A model generated the notes under the pieces. That model saw nothing but the letters and a program-made list of their open reading frames with translations. It had not been told where the DNA came from and ran no database searches. Below, one piece after another: positions 47,038 through 56,257 of a stretch of DNA of 64,000 nucleotides; the first letter of the stretch is position 1; every line of letters begins with the position of its first letter. Made by a program: the position numbers and the translations under genes. This stretch comes from a virus: positions 27,376-91,375 of IMG/VR virus record IMGVR_UViG_3300009701_000004, one strand, 5' to 3'.

Positions 47038-48537
47038 ATGATCCTAGATAATGAAACCAATGAACGAATAGAGATCTTTAAGCGCGATAAGATTAGGACG
47101 TTGAAAAATGAAATACGAAACGGTTTAGCTAATCTAGTTAGAATGGAATTATCATATGGAAGATACCTAGACAACAATTACCTTGTGCGTTCAGCCATTG
47201 ATTTTATAAATTCTAGACTATCTACTTGGGTTAGAGAAGAGCTTATAGAATCCAGGTATTTGATAAGAAATGTAAGCTTTATGACGCTAACTGAGTTGCA
47301 TTTTGATATAGATATTGTCCCCATTGTAAGACCAGTAGATATTGTTCATATCCGTCTACAATCAGAAGAAGAACGCAATCTTATAAATAATTCTCCTCCG
47401 AATATTCCTTACAAATACCTAGCTGAAAATCCGGTTTTACCGCAAGGGTATGGCGACCTTATGAGGGTTGAAGATGCTAACCTAGATTGGGTAATTAGGC
47501 ACGTTTATCTGAATATCATAAAGGAAGTTCAATTATTAGTAGAAGGGCCCGAAGCATTTAATACTACAGGTTCCTGTTTTAGACAAATACGCGATATGAA
47601 TCTTTCTCGTATAGTAAACGCCTATGGATCCCATATACCTTTATACTCTGAAATTTTCGGGACTATATACGTAGAAGTACCTCACCCTGAACAACGACCT
47701 TCTAACGTTCGTGCGATTTTTTACAGGGGAGAAGAGTCCTCTGAGAATTACCTGGTATTTCGTAGGAAAGTTAGAAGTACGTCTCCCCCTATTACCATGG
47801 CGCTGCCTCCTTTACCTTGGGGGTATAAAATCCGAAATGAGGTAAGAGACATCGTAGCTCGTAATCAACTTGAAGGTAGGAAATTTAAAGATTTCGGAGT
47901 TGCCCCTGACTACAATGAAGATTACCGTAGAATTCGTTGGCCCGCCGATCAGTACACCAGAAATAGGGCTTCTATAAGATACGACCTGAATTGTAAACGT
48001 GAAGGTCGATGGACTAACAGAAGTACCGGACAACGCCTAAACGTTGATCTGTGCATTTGTTTAACTAATAATATACCGTTCAAAACTAAATGTTTACGTT
48101 ATGACCACCGAACCTCGATATTGCATATTAACGAAACTGGGTGGATAATGTGGGACGTTGTAAGAAATAGGACAGAATCTTTTAATTTGGGAAATAGATA
48201 CGACAAGTTAGTTGCCATGTTTTTCAGGCGATTAGGCATAGATGTTACTAAACGTGGGCGCGTAATATATTGGAATAGATCTAGTACCCGGGGAGAAAAC
48301 GAAGAAGTATTGCAGTTAAATAAAACTTATAGTGTAGTAAAGGGATCTCATTTAGTAAATCCGCTTTTTCATTCATCTCAAGTAATAAGCTCTAGATTCA
48401 CATACGATTCAGGTATTACCTATAACGAATCTAGGGAAGTACATATAAATAGATGGTTAAAGTTGGAAGGTATTAAAGAGCCGGAAGAGGTTGTGGGAAC
48501 TATGGAAACTGTGGAAACTGTGGAAACTCAAGGATAA
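47038..48537 (+). CDS. Hypothetical protein (499 aa)
   Basis: AGGA RBS; ends in 9-bp tandem repeats (VET). Confidence 0.6.
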   Translation: MILDNETNERIEIFKRDKIRTLKNEIRNGLANLVRMELSYGRYLDNNYLVRSAIDFINSRLSTWVREELIESRYLIRNVSFMTLTELHFDIDIVPIVRPVDIVHIRLQSEEERNLINNSPPNIPYKYLAENPVLPQGYGDLMRVEDANLDWVIRHVYLNIIKEVQLLVEGPEAFNTTGSCFRQIRDMNLSRIVNAYGSHIPLYSEIFGTIYVEVPHPEQRPSNVRAIFYRGEESSENYLVFRRKVRSTSPPITMALPPLPWGYKIRNEVRDIVARNQLEGRKFKDFGVAPDYNEDYRRIRWPADQYTRNRASIRYDLNCKREGRWTNRSTGQRLNVDLCICLTNNIPFKTKCLRYDHRTSILHINETGWIMWDVVRNRTESFNLGNRYDKLVAMFFRRLGIDVTKRGRVIYWNRSSTRGENEEVLQLNKTYSVVKGSHLVNPLFHSSQVISSRFTYDSGITYNESREVHINRWLKLEGIKEPEEVVGTMETVETVETQG

Positions 48538-48539
48538 AC

Positions 48540-49100
48540 ATGGATACATTAAATCTGAAATCATTTCTAGATATGCAGTTGGCAGTAAGAAAACCGCCGA
48601 CAGTATTGGAGTTTACAAATAAACAGGATTACATTCAACTTAGTTTATCTATGATGACTGTATTTGCTGCTAAAACTTTGCCGTACTTACTAAAGGTCTC
48701 CCTACCCGATCTCGGTAAAACTAAGGAACCGCCCTCGAAAAAACTACGTAGTAAAGTAGCCGAAGACTTGGGGAATGTATTGCAATTCCTATTCATGTTT
48801 GCAGATGTATGTCAATACGACCTCCCCGATGAAGAGCAGGTGGAGGAGCACATAAAGAACGTTGTCCCAGTAGAAGTTAAGGTAGATACTATCCTGGCAA
48901 TACTGGGTATTATTCGTGCGGCAACCGATATTGCAGAATTCGTATATCTTGTTGATGATTCCGGTACCAAAATTTGGGAATATACAGAGCTTCCAGAAGA
49001 CGTGAAAGAGTCAATATATGACCTAGTTGCTGATATAAGCATTGTGGCAGAAAAGTTCGATTTAACCTTAAAAGATTTGGTTGATGCTTCATTAATTTAG
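48540..49100 (+). CDS. MazG-like (all-alpha NTP pyrophosphatase fold) protein, possibly degenerate
   Basis: VAEDLGNVLQFL and VKESIYDLV resemble the MazG EExGD helices. Confidence 0.4.
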   Translation: MDTLNLKSFLDMQLAVRKPPTVLEFTNKQDYIQLSLSMMTVFAAKTLPYLLKVSLPDLGKTKEPPSKKLRSKVAEDLGNVLQFLFMFADVCQYDLPDEEQVEEHIKNVVPVEVKVDTILAILGIIRAATDIAEFVYLVDDSGTKIWEYTELPEDVKESIYDLVADISIVAEKFDLTLKDLVDASLI

Positions 49101-49147
49101 TAAAACAGTAATATTTTAATTAGGGTGAAACAGCCCAGAAAGATAAA

Positions 49148-50764
49148 ATGTACACAGAAGACATAATGTCGTATTTCCCATTAGAGAAAGCGAGAAAAGG
49201 TCAAATAGCAGTTATCAAAGAAATAGATAAGGTTTTCAAAAACGGTAAAAGATTCATAGTATTTGAGGGTCCAGTAGGCTGCGGTAAATCTGCAATTGCT
49301 ATGACTTTTGCTAAGGCGTTTAAAAACGCTCATCTAATTACTCCCCGAAAAAGTCTACAAAACCAATACTTCGATGACTTTTCAGAAGATGTGGTTTTAA
49401 TGAAAGGGCGTAATTCCTATCCATGTTCCTATGGAAATCGTAAATATCATAGCGTTATTATGCAGCAGATCAATACTGGAAATGTACCGCAGCCTCTTAA
49501 GGGGGAGCCTAATTGTAGTACTGCCCCTTGTAGAGGTAACCGGGATGTTTACCGACAATGCGTAGATGATACTGGTCAATGTCCATATACTGCTGCAATG
49601 GAGTTGGCACAGGGGCATGATTGCGTTATTCATAATCTTCATTCATTCATATATCAAACTGCATTTACTGCCAGATTCGAAAAACGGGAATTGCTAGTAA
49701 TTGATGAAGCCCATGAAATTGAAGGGGTTGTTAGAGATTTCATTTCCAAGAAAATTACCATAAATAAACCTATACGCGAAGGGGGCCCAGCCGATGCTAG
49801 CGATGTGGGATCCTGGTGCGATTACTTTCTACAAGAAGAATTTGTACCTAAGCTTTCCGCGCAAGAAAAGGCAATCAAAGAGGAAGACCCTTCCTGGGTT
49901 AGCCCATTAGATGCTTATGTTAATCGAATAGAAGATTTCAGATTGCAAAAGGATTATTTTGGCAATAAATTCTGTGTAAAGAAAACTATAAACACAGTTG
50001 GTAGAGTTGATGTTTCAACTGGATTTGAATTTGTTCCTGATAGTTTAGGTAACGCCCCTACAAATCTCTTATTCTCTATGGGAGAACACGTTTTACTAAT
50101 GTCAGGAACAATATATGACAAGAACGTATTTTGCCGAAACCTAGGCGTAAATCCCGAAGAAGTTCATTTCATCCGTATAGGCTCAACTTTCCCGGTTGCT
50201 ACTAGACCTATATACATGAAGCCAGAATACCAGGTCGATACTTCTTTTGCTATGTGGGAAGAAAACTTCGGGGAGATGATTGAGAAGATTCAGAAAATTT
50301 CTAGCATATTCAACGATGTTAAAGGGCTTATACATGCCCCCTCTTATGACGCTGCTAGGCAAATTGTAAATGCTCTTGGGCACGGTAGATTTGTAACACA
50401 TGAGTCAGAAGACTTCCAAACGCGTTTAGAGACGTTTTTTGAGGCGGAGGGTAATCAGGTATTCATCTCACCTGTTTGTCAGCAAGGCGTCGATTTTAAG
50501 CAGGATAGAAGCCGTTTCCAGATACTTCTTAGGGTACCATATGGAAGTACTTCAGATGAGTTTATAAATTACAAAGTCAAGAATGATTTTCCTTGGTATA
50601 ATTATCAAGCTTTAATAGTGTTTGGGCAACAACTCGGCCGGGTTAATCGTAGCGAAGATGACTATGGGGCTACGTTCCTGCTAGACTCTCGGTTTAACAA
50701 ATTTATATCTCGTAACCAAAAAGTATTACCGGATTGGGTTCAAAAAGCAATTATCAGAAAGTAA
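49148..50764 (+). CDS. DinG/XPD-like SF2 helicase
   Basis: RKGQ, EGPVGCGKS, KGRNSYPC, Cys cluster ending CPY, IDEAH, MSGT, GVDF, RVPY, QQLGRVNRSEDDYG. Confidence 0.9.
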   Translation: MYTEDIMSYFPLEKARKGQIAVIKEIDKVFKNGKRFIVFEGPVGCGKSAIAMTFAKAFKNAHLITPRKSLQNQYFDDFSEDVVLMKGRNSYPCSYGNRKYHSVIMQQINTGNVPQPLKGEPNCSTAPCRGNRDVYRQCVDDTGQCPYTAAMELAQGHDCVIHNLHSFIYQTAFTARFEKRELLVIDEAHEIEGVVRDFISKKITINKPIREGGPADASDVGSWCDYFLQEEFVPKLSAQEKAIKEEDPSWVSPLDAYVNRIEDFRLQKDYFGNKFCVKKTINTVGRVDVSTGFEFVPDSLGNAPTNLLFSMGEHVLLMSGTIYDKNVFCRNLGVNPEEVHFIRIGSTFPVATRPIYMKPEYQVDTSFAMWEENFGEMIEKIQKISSIFNDVKGLIHAPSYDAARQIVNALGHGRFVTHESEDFQTRLETFFEAEGNQVFISPVCQQGVDFKQDRSRFQILLRVPYGSTSDEFINYKVKNDFPWYNYQALIVFGQQLGRVNRSEDDYGATFLLDSRFNKFISRNQKVLPDWVQKAIIRK

Positions 50765-50779
50765 ATGTGAGGTAATAAA

Positions 50780-50986
50780 ATGATCTATTTATTGTCAGTA
50801 GTAATATGTTGGATAGTGCTGTTGGTAGAATTTGCAATGTTTAGTGGGGGCAGGGTTAAAGCGGTAGAAGTTTTCTTCATTACTGTCGTAAGCTTTTTAC
50901 CGTGGGCAAATATCTGCGCACCAATATGTGCTCTATGTAATATTTACGCAACTATTAAAGAAAAGAAAGGCGGGGCACAACTATGA
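50780..50986 (+). CDS. Small two-TM membrane protein (PxxNI family)
   Basis: SFLPWANI; GAGGT RBS. Confidence 0.6.
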   Translation: MIYLLSVVICWIVLLVEFAMFSGGRVKAVEVFFITVVSFLPWANICAPICALCNIYATIKEKKGGAQL

Positions 50987-51201
50987 CTCAAGAAGGATTT
51001 GGTCAAGGATTTTTCTTTGTTGGGGGATCTCAGTCTTCTCCACAACCTCAACCTCAGCAACAAAGAGTAATTATCGAAGGGGCAATTAAGGAGTTGAAAG
51101 ATGACCCCTCTATACCTATGGTGAAGTTAGATAAAGCTACACCAGTGGGTTGGGTTCCTTACAATTATGATCCTAAAACTGGCGAGATAAAGGAGATTTA
51201 A
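50983..51201 (+). CDS. Hypothetical protein
   Basis: ATGA-coupled. Confidence 0.55.
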   Translation: MTQEGFGQGFFFVGGSQSSPQPQPQQQRVIIEGAIKELKDDPSIPMVKLDKATPVGWVPYNYDPKTGEIKEI

Positions 51202-51202
51202 T

Positions 51203-51415
51203 ATGTTGGAAGGATTTCTATTAGGGTTAGCGTTTATCATAGGGTATGTAATTCCTATGACTGTAAACATGTGGACCTGCCTATACGAAATGAACGGCGA
51301 GAGGATGGAGGCAGGAGATGTAATTACATTTCTGCTACTGGTATTTACACCACTTTTGAATATTGTAATTATGGCTATGATTATAGCCGAGTGTTTGCCA
51401 AGGTATAGAGAATAA
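51203..51415 (+). CDS. Small two-TM membrane protein (PxxNI family)
   Basis: FTPLLNI; AAGGAG RBS. Confidence 0.6.
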   Translation: MLEGFLLGLAFIIGYVIPMTVNMWTCLYEMNGERMEAGDVITFLLLVFTPLLNIVIMAMIIAECLPRYRE

Positions 51416-51594
51416 TGCCGCATACTCATTTAGATGAAAATGGAACCTTGATACGTTGCCTGCATAGTTGTAAAAACAGCTTATTAAGTGTCAGCTTCTG
51501 GTTAGGAGTCACTATATCGTTTCCTTTGGAACACCTCATTTGGGAGAAAGTGTGGCCCTTTTACCTATTAACAAAATGGATGGGATTACAATGA
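51415..51594 (+). CDS. Small membrane protein (59 aa, MPHTHLDENGTLIRCLH...FPLEHLIWEKVWPFY...)
   Basis: Fills the gap with TAATG and ATGA overlaps; below ORF-track cutoff. Confidence 0.6.
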   Translation: MPHTHLDENGTLIRCLHSCKNSLLSVSFWLGVTISFPLEHLIWEKVWPFYLLTKWMGLQ

Positions 51595-51839
51595 TTCAAG
51601 TTCTGTGGTGGGCTTATGGCCTACCTATGTTATTTTGCGTTTTAATTGGGCCTATTATAATGGCATCTATTAGAAGTATGGCGTATGATCATAAACCCGT
51701 TATAGAAGAAGAGGATGTTCAGAAATGGCAAAAAATTGCGGTAGTGCCAGGTTTGAATATATTCATAATGCTAGGCGTGTCGGGTGCTTTGCTCATTGTT
51801 TTACCTGTTTGGACAATAAATTTATTTCTGAAAGATTAA
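51591..51839 (+). CDS. Small two-TM membrane protein (PxxNI family)
   Basis: Likely start ATG 51591; YGLPM...VVPGLNI. Confidence 0.6.
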   Translation: MIQVLWWAYGLPMLFCVLIGPIIMASIRSMAYDHKPVIEEEDVQKWQKIAVVPGLNIFIMLGVSGALLIVLPVWTINLFLKD

Positions 51840-51845
51840 AACGTC

Positions 51846-52115
51846 ATGATGACTTTGTTTTTATTATTCTATGTAGTTCCTATGCTTATATGCTTTTTTG
51901 TAATGCCGCGGTTAGTAAAAACAAAACAGTTCGATAAGACTTTGCTTTTTGATGCAAATACTGATGTTGTAGAGATTTTTACTAGAGTAGGTCTTTTCCC
52001 CACACTTAATATATTAGTACCGGTAGTATTTATAGGCTTTCTTCAACTTGTATTGATTTATGAAACATTAGTATCTGTAGTCAAATGGGCCAATTTGAAA
52101 ATTTGGGGAATCTAA
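51846..52115 (+). CDS. Small two-TM membrane protein (PxxNI family)
   Basis: YVVPM...LFPTLNI. Confidence 0.6.
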   Translation: MMTLFLLFYVVPMLICFFVMPRLVKTKQFDKTLLFDANTDVVEIFTRVGLFPTLNILVPVVFIGFLQLVLIYETLVSVVKWANLKIWGI

Positions 52116-52125
52116 AGAGTAAAAC

Positions 52126-52743
52126 ATGGAAAGAATCAAGCAACGTAAGCACATGAACCATGCTAAATTCATAGCTGAGAATTATAGCAAAGATGCTTCC
52201 ACGAAAGTTGGCTGTATAATCATAGGTTCGGGTAATAATGTTTTATCCACCGGGTATAACGGCATACCCAGAGGCTTGGACGATAACATAGAAGAGCGTC
52301 ATGTAAGGCCTGAAAAGTATAAGTGGTTTGAACATGCGGAGCGTAATGCTATATTTAATGCCGCCAGGAACGGTATTAAATTAGAAGGTTCTCATATGTA
52401 TTGCACCTCTCTAGTCACCTGCATAGAATGTGCGAGGGCCATAATTCAGTCAGGTATTCTCATGCTATTCTTAGAATTATCCGCATTTGCAGATACCAAT
52501 GAACGCGGGCAAGTTTGGATGGACCAATGGGCCATTTCCAAAGAAATGTTGGATGAAGCGGGAGTAAGAGTATTTGCTGTTCATGACGAAAACGCCAACT
52601 ATATGGAGCGCATATATTCCGATTCATTACTCCCACCGTCTATGAGAAATGAGGTAGTTCAACTTTCTTCCCTTCCACAACTTCAAGAAGAGGTAAGAGA
52701 TGTAGGTATGGACGCGGCTTGGAGAGATGTACTTAGTATTTAA
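52126..52743 (+). CDS. dCMP deaminase
   Basis: SKDASTKVGC, TGYNG, HAERNAI, TCIECARAIIQSG. Confidence 0.92.
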   Translation: MERIKQRKHMNHAKFIAENYSKDASTKVGCIIIGSGNNVLSTGYNGIPRGLDDNIEERHVRPEKYKWFEHAERNAIFNAARNGIKLEGSHMYCTSLVTCIECARAIIQSGILMLFLELSAFADTNERGQVWMDQWAISKEMLDEAGVRVFAVHDENANYMERIYSDSLLPPSMRNEVVQLSSLPQLQEEVRDVGMDAAWRDVLSI

Positions 52744-52745
52744 TT

Positions 52746-52774
52746 TTCAATTCCAATTCAAATTTTGGTATAAG
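52746..52774 (+). promoter_or_regulatory. Phage-type promoter TTCAA-N15-TGGTATAAG
   Basis: Exact motif; hairpin AGAGAGAT..ATCTCTCT follows. Confidence 0.75.
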
Positions 52775-52840
52775 AGAATTAGAGAGATTAACATCTCTCT
52801 TTTAGTTTTCAGTAACAACCTTCACTATTAGGTTAAAAAT

Positions 52841-53137
52841 ATGCTTACTCAACAAGCATCGAAATCAAAAGTCAAAACCATAGGAAAAGTAGCTACGGCT
52901 ACCCATCAAAATGTAGGTGACGAGAAATCTAAAGCATCTTCTAAGAAATGTTTTAGGGATCCTTTTCGTGTCATTACGACTTTGACTTTGGAAGAGCCGG
53001 AAGATGCTCTTCATATTTTACAAAATCAAAGTATAAACACACGAACAGGAGGCAGTGTTGAGCGTATGCATCGAAGTTCTGATTACGATGAGCAATGCTC
53101 ATTGGAGTACTGGACTTCGAGGGGTATGGATTTTTAG
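52841..53137 (+). CDS. Hypothetical protein
   Basis: AGGT RBS; downstream of a promoter. Confidence 0.45.
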   Translation: MLTQQASKSKVKTIGKVATATHQNVGDEKSKASSKKCFRDPFRVITTLTLEEPEDALHILQNQSINTRTGGSVERMHRSSDYDEQCSLEYWTSRGMDF

Positions 53138-53265
53138 TACAGCAGTAAAGTAGTGGATACTGGAGGGGCCCCAAGGAAGGTATCTGTTTATCACGTAGTA
53201 TTTCTTAGCAAAGGCTAGTATGTTAGAATTGTGGAATTGGGACGCTTTTCCTGGCAAGGGTAACA

Positions 53266-54084
53266 CTATTCCTCTGCCAAAACCTGGTCGTCATTAATAC
53301 CAGTTTCTGGCTCAGGTCGTAATTTTGTTTTAAGTAATAGGAGGGCCTCAGCTTTGAGGTCCTTCAATTGATCCTTACTAATACCTAATGTTTTTAGTAT
53401 AGTTGCATTAGTCGATTCTTCCCCGGTTTCTGTGCCAAACATCATTTTGATTACATCAGCGTGGGGCTGTGGCAAGGATTCAATCATGGAATGAATGCGT
53501 TCTCTATCTAACCGGATTTCAACTTCTTCTCCAATAGGATCAATTTCAAAAGCGGGGTCATCCCCCAGATCAGAAATGAAATAAGTCAAATACTTATTTT
53601 GGCTAAGATCTCTGAGATTTTTTTCGCTTACATCGGGAAACGCTTCTTTCAGTTCTGCAAAGGTTATCCCCGATTCTTTACTCTCAATGAATTTCCAAAT
53701 TCGTGCTGAAACTTGTTGTAAATAAATGGGTAACGCGACTATACGGAATTGACTAGACTGTTTAAGTATACGCTGGTTAACCCACCATCCGGCATAGGAT
53801 AAGAATTTATTACCACTATTGAAATTAAACTTGTTAAATCCTACTACAAGGCCCTCATTAGCAGAAGATATGAGGTCGGGCATCAATTCGGGGTCGTTTT
53901 TACTGAACCGTTTTGCCTGTTTAAATGCAAATCTCATACCGCTCTTTATAATCATATCCCTTATTTGTTCCTTACGTTTTCTATTGACCCCGGGGTCTAG
54001 ATATTCTAAGAACAAGTCACTTTCCTCTTCACGAGTAAACATCGGGTATTGACATATTTGAGCGTAATAACGGCTAAGGTCCAT
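53266..54084 (-). CDS. Phage-encoded sigma70-family (RpoD/RpoS/RpoH-like) sigma factor
   Basis: Region 1.2 DLSRYYAQICQYPMFTREEE; region 2 DLISSANEGL...KFLSYAGWWVNQRI; RIVALP; degenerate region 4 HTH. Confidence 0.9.
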   Translation of the reverse strand: MDLSRYYAQICQYPMFTREEESDLFLEYLDPGVNRKRKEQIRDMIIKSGMRFAFKQAKRFSKNDPELMPDLISSANEGLVVGFNKFNFNSGNKFLSYAGWWVNQRILKQSSQFRIVALPIYLQQVSARIWKFIESKESGITFAELKEAFPDVSEKNLRDLSQNKYLTYFISDLGDDPAFEIDPIGEEVEIRLDRERIHSMIESLPQPHADVIKMMFGTETGEESTNATILKTLGISKDQLKDLKAEALLLLKTKLRPEPETGINDDQVLAEE

Positions 54085-54107
54085 TGGGAATTTCCAGGTT
54101 AAAATAT

Positions 54108-54162
54108 TTGCCTTATAAGGCTTAATAGGGTATACTTTAACACAATGATTGAATTACGTCAA
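54108..54162. promoter_or_regulatory. Overlapping divergent sigma70 promoters: TTGCCT-N17-TATACT (plus, gmk) and TTGACG-N17-TAAAGT with TGn (minus, sigma gene)
   Basis: Both have canonical 17-nt spacers; the -10 hexamers overlap at 54134-54136. Confidence 0.7.
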
Positions 54163-54180
54163 TAACAGGAAAAAGAAATT

Positions 54181-54792
54181 ATGAATGAATCAACTATTTT
54201 AGTAACTCTAACAGGTCCTTCTGGCAGTGGAAAAACAGAGCTATTGAATAGACTTGTAGATGGGTTCGGCTTTACTGATGTAATCAGTCACACAACCCGA
54301 CTTCCCAGACAAGGGGAGGTGGATGGTAAAAGTTATTTTTTTGTTAAAGACGAACTATTTTCAGACATGGTAAAAAACGATGAATTCATCGAACATATTG
54401 AATTCAAAGGCTTCAAATACGGGGTATCCGTAGGAGAACTAGAAAAGGCCCGTAACGCCGGAAAAATTCCCCTGTTAATTGTAGAACCTAACGGGCTGAA
54501 GCAAATTAATGCGTACTCTCAAACCCACGGTATAAAGTTAATGAAGTTATACATTTTCCACGAAACTGAGACTTTGGTTAGAAGATACTTAGGGCGTTTA
54601 GGTCCAGACGATATGAAGACCCCTTCATTGAAGGATTTTCACGCATCTCGTATATCCTCTATTTTCGAAGAAACAAACTGGTGGAAAGAAATGCCTTTTG
54701 ACAATACTTACAAAGGCGAAGGGGAAATTGCCTCCAAAGTAGCTGAAGATATAAAAGGCTGGGCGTCCAGACGAGAAATATTCAAAACGTAG
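54181..54792 (+). CDS. gmk: Guanylate kinase-like nucleotide kinase
   Basis: TGPSGSGKT, ISHTTRLPRQGEVDGKSYFFV, FIEH...YG, IVEPNG. Confidence 0.85.
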   Translation: MNESTILVTLTGPSGSGKTELLNRLVDGFGFTDVISHTTRLPRQGEVDGKSYFFVKDELFSDMVKNDEFIEHIEFKGFKYGVSVGELEKARNAGKIPLLIVEPNGLKQINAYSQTHGIKLMKLYIFHETETLVRRYLGRLGPDDMKTPSLKDFHASRISSIFEETNWWKEMPFDNTYKGEGEIASKVAEDIKGWASRREIFKT

Positions 54793-54803
54793 AATGTGAA
54801 ATT

Positions 54804-55025
54804 ATGGTAAAAGTAGAACTATTAAAAAATGAAAAAAACGGCAGTGTTAAATTGGCTTTTGAAACAAATGACAATGATGGGTTGGAGGTTATTGACATCG
54901 TCAGAGTTGCAATGCTTGGAGATTTCGCTAAACGGGGTGCTTATATTAATTCTCGTCGCTTAGTTATAGAAATTGACGATATTCTCAAGAAACCAGAAGA
55001 AGAGGATTTACTTCCGGGTACATAA
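54804..55025 (+). CDS. Hypothetical protein
   Basis: Packed ORF. Confidence 0.55.
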   Translation: MVKVELLKNEKNGSVKLAFETNDNDGLEVIDIVRVAMLGDFAKRGAYINSRRLVIEIDDILKKPEEEDLLPGT

Positions 55026-55031
55026 TAATGA

Positions 55032-55060
55032 TTCAAGTTTTTGCGTATTCGTGGTATAAT
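55032..55060 (+). promoter_or_regulatory. Promoter TTCAAG-N17-TATAAT with TGG extension (fits both sigma70 and the phage class)
   Basis: TGGTATAAT variant. Confidence 0.65.
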
Positions 55061-55085
55061 TACATTATAACGAGACAAAACTATT

Positions 55086-55283
55086 ATGCTAGAAAAGACT
55101 GGTACAATTCGGCTTACCTCAGAAGATTTGATACAAGCCGAAAAGGGTATTGTATCTCAAAGGGTTAAGGACACCTGGAACCTTAGCCATGAGCAGTTAC
55201 AGGAAGTGATTCAAAACAAAGCATTTACAACGACAAGCATTGGCTCTCCACAGGAAGTCGATAAAACAAAAGAAAGAACATAA
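55086..55283 (+). CDS. Hypothetical protein
   Basis: Downstream of promoter. Confidence 0.55.
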   Translation: MLEKTGTIRLTSEDLIQAEKGIVSQRVKDTWNLSHEQLQEVIQNKAFTTTSIGSPQEVDKTKERT

Positions 55284-55287
55284 TAAT

Positions 55288-56166
55288 ATGAATATCGAAA
55301 AACTAGCTCAACTAGTAGCAGATCTCCCAGAACCATATAAAGCAAACGCACAAGCTCTGGTTGAACGTATGGGTGCAGTCATCGAAGGTATCGGTGACGA
55401 AGGTGTTAAATGGCGTACCCCTACTGCAAAGTTGATGCAAGCAACATCTGATCGTTCCAAGTTGCCACGTGGCGCAACCATCGGGGACATCATTGTTGGC
55501 GAACGTATTCTGCAAAAACCAGCTCGCTTCATTCCTATTAAAACTTGGGATTCACGCCAATATTGGTCCCCAGATAAGGATGAAGAAAAGATGTTGTGCT
55601 CAAGCCCCGACGCAAAGGTGGGCTATATCGGTGCAAATTGCGCTACCTGCAAACATGCAGTATTCGATGAAACTACAAACAAAACAGAATGCAATAAGGT
55701 CAAGAGCTTTATTGTTATCCTAGAAGATCTTTCCGATATCTTTATCATGAATTTCGGTAAGACTTCTTACAAGATCGGCCTCGCTTATGAAAAGAATCTG
55801 AAAAAGGCTGGAGTAATGCCTTACCGCCGAGTGTACGGATTGTCAAGCGTTAGCAATAAGCAATACAAGAACGTTGAGAACTTGGATATTGAACTGTATG
55901 ACGGGGATAAGCGTGACACCCCTGCAGTATTGTTGCCATTCGTTGAAGAGTTGTTCAAACAGGTAAAGTTTGACCGTGAAGAAATGCTCATTGCTTTCCA
56001 TAAGATGGTGACTGAGCGTCGTCAAGACCCTTCATTGTTGACCGGATCCAATTCAGATTCGGAATTGGTTATGCTGGAAGATGGTAGTGATGAAGCTTCA
56101 TCCCCCCCGGTAGGAATTGAAGCCGCCCCTGCAAAATCTTCTATGGCGAAGAAATACGTAGTGTAA
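55288..56166 (+). CDS. Putative single-stranded DNA-binding/recombination protein with Zn-binding Cys motif
   Basis: Likely start MNIEKLA; CSSPD...CATC...ECNK; acidic C-terminus; replication cluster; followed by terminator. Confidence 0.5.
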   Translation: MNIEKLAQLVADLPEPYKANAQALVERMGAVIEGIGDEGVKWRTPTAKLMQATSDRSKLPRGATIGDIIVGERILQKPARFIPIKTWDSRQYWSPDKDEEKMLCSSPDAKVGYIGANCATCKHAVFDETTNKTECNKVKSFIVILEDLSDIFIMNFGKTSYKIGLAYEKNLKKAGVMPYRRVYGLSSVSNKQYKNVENLDIELYDGDKRDTPAVLLPFVEELFKQVKFDREEMLIAFHKMVTERRQDPSLLTGSNSDSELVMLEDGSDEASSPPVGIEAAPAKSSMAKKYVV

Positions 56167-56193
56167 TTAGTATTACAATTTTGTAACACCGGT

Positions 56194-56230
56194 AAAGGGT
56201 TTGCTAGGCTAGGCAAACCCTTTATTCTTT
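56194..56230 (+). terminator. Intrinsic terminator
   Basis: AAAGGGTTTGC...GCAAACCCTTT hairpin. Confidence 0.7.
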
Positions 56231-56257
56231 AGACCTTAGAATAATAAAAAGAATTAT

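Noticed and set aside
48493-48528. 9-bp tandem repeat (GTGGAAACT-like)
   Set aside because: In-frame low-complexity tail (VET repeats) of a coding sequence; no sign of a regulatory array.
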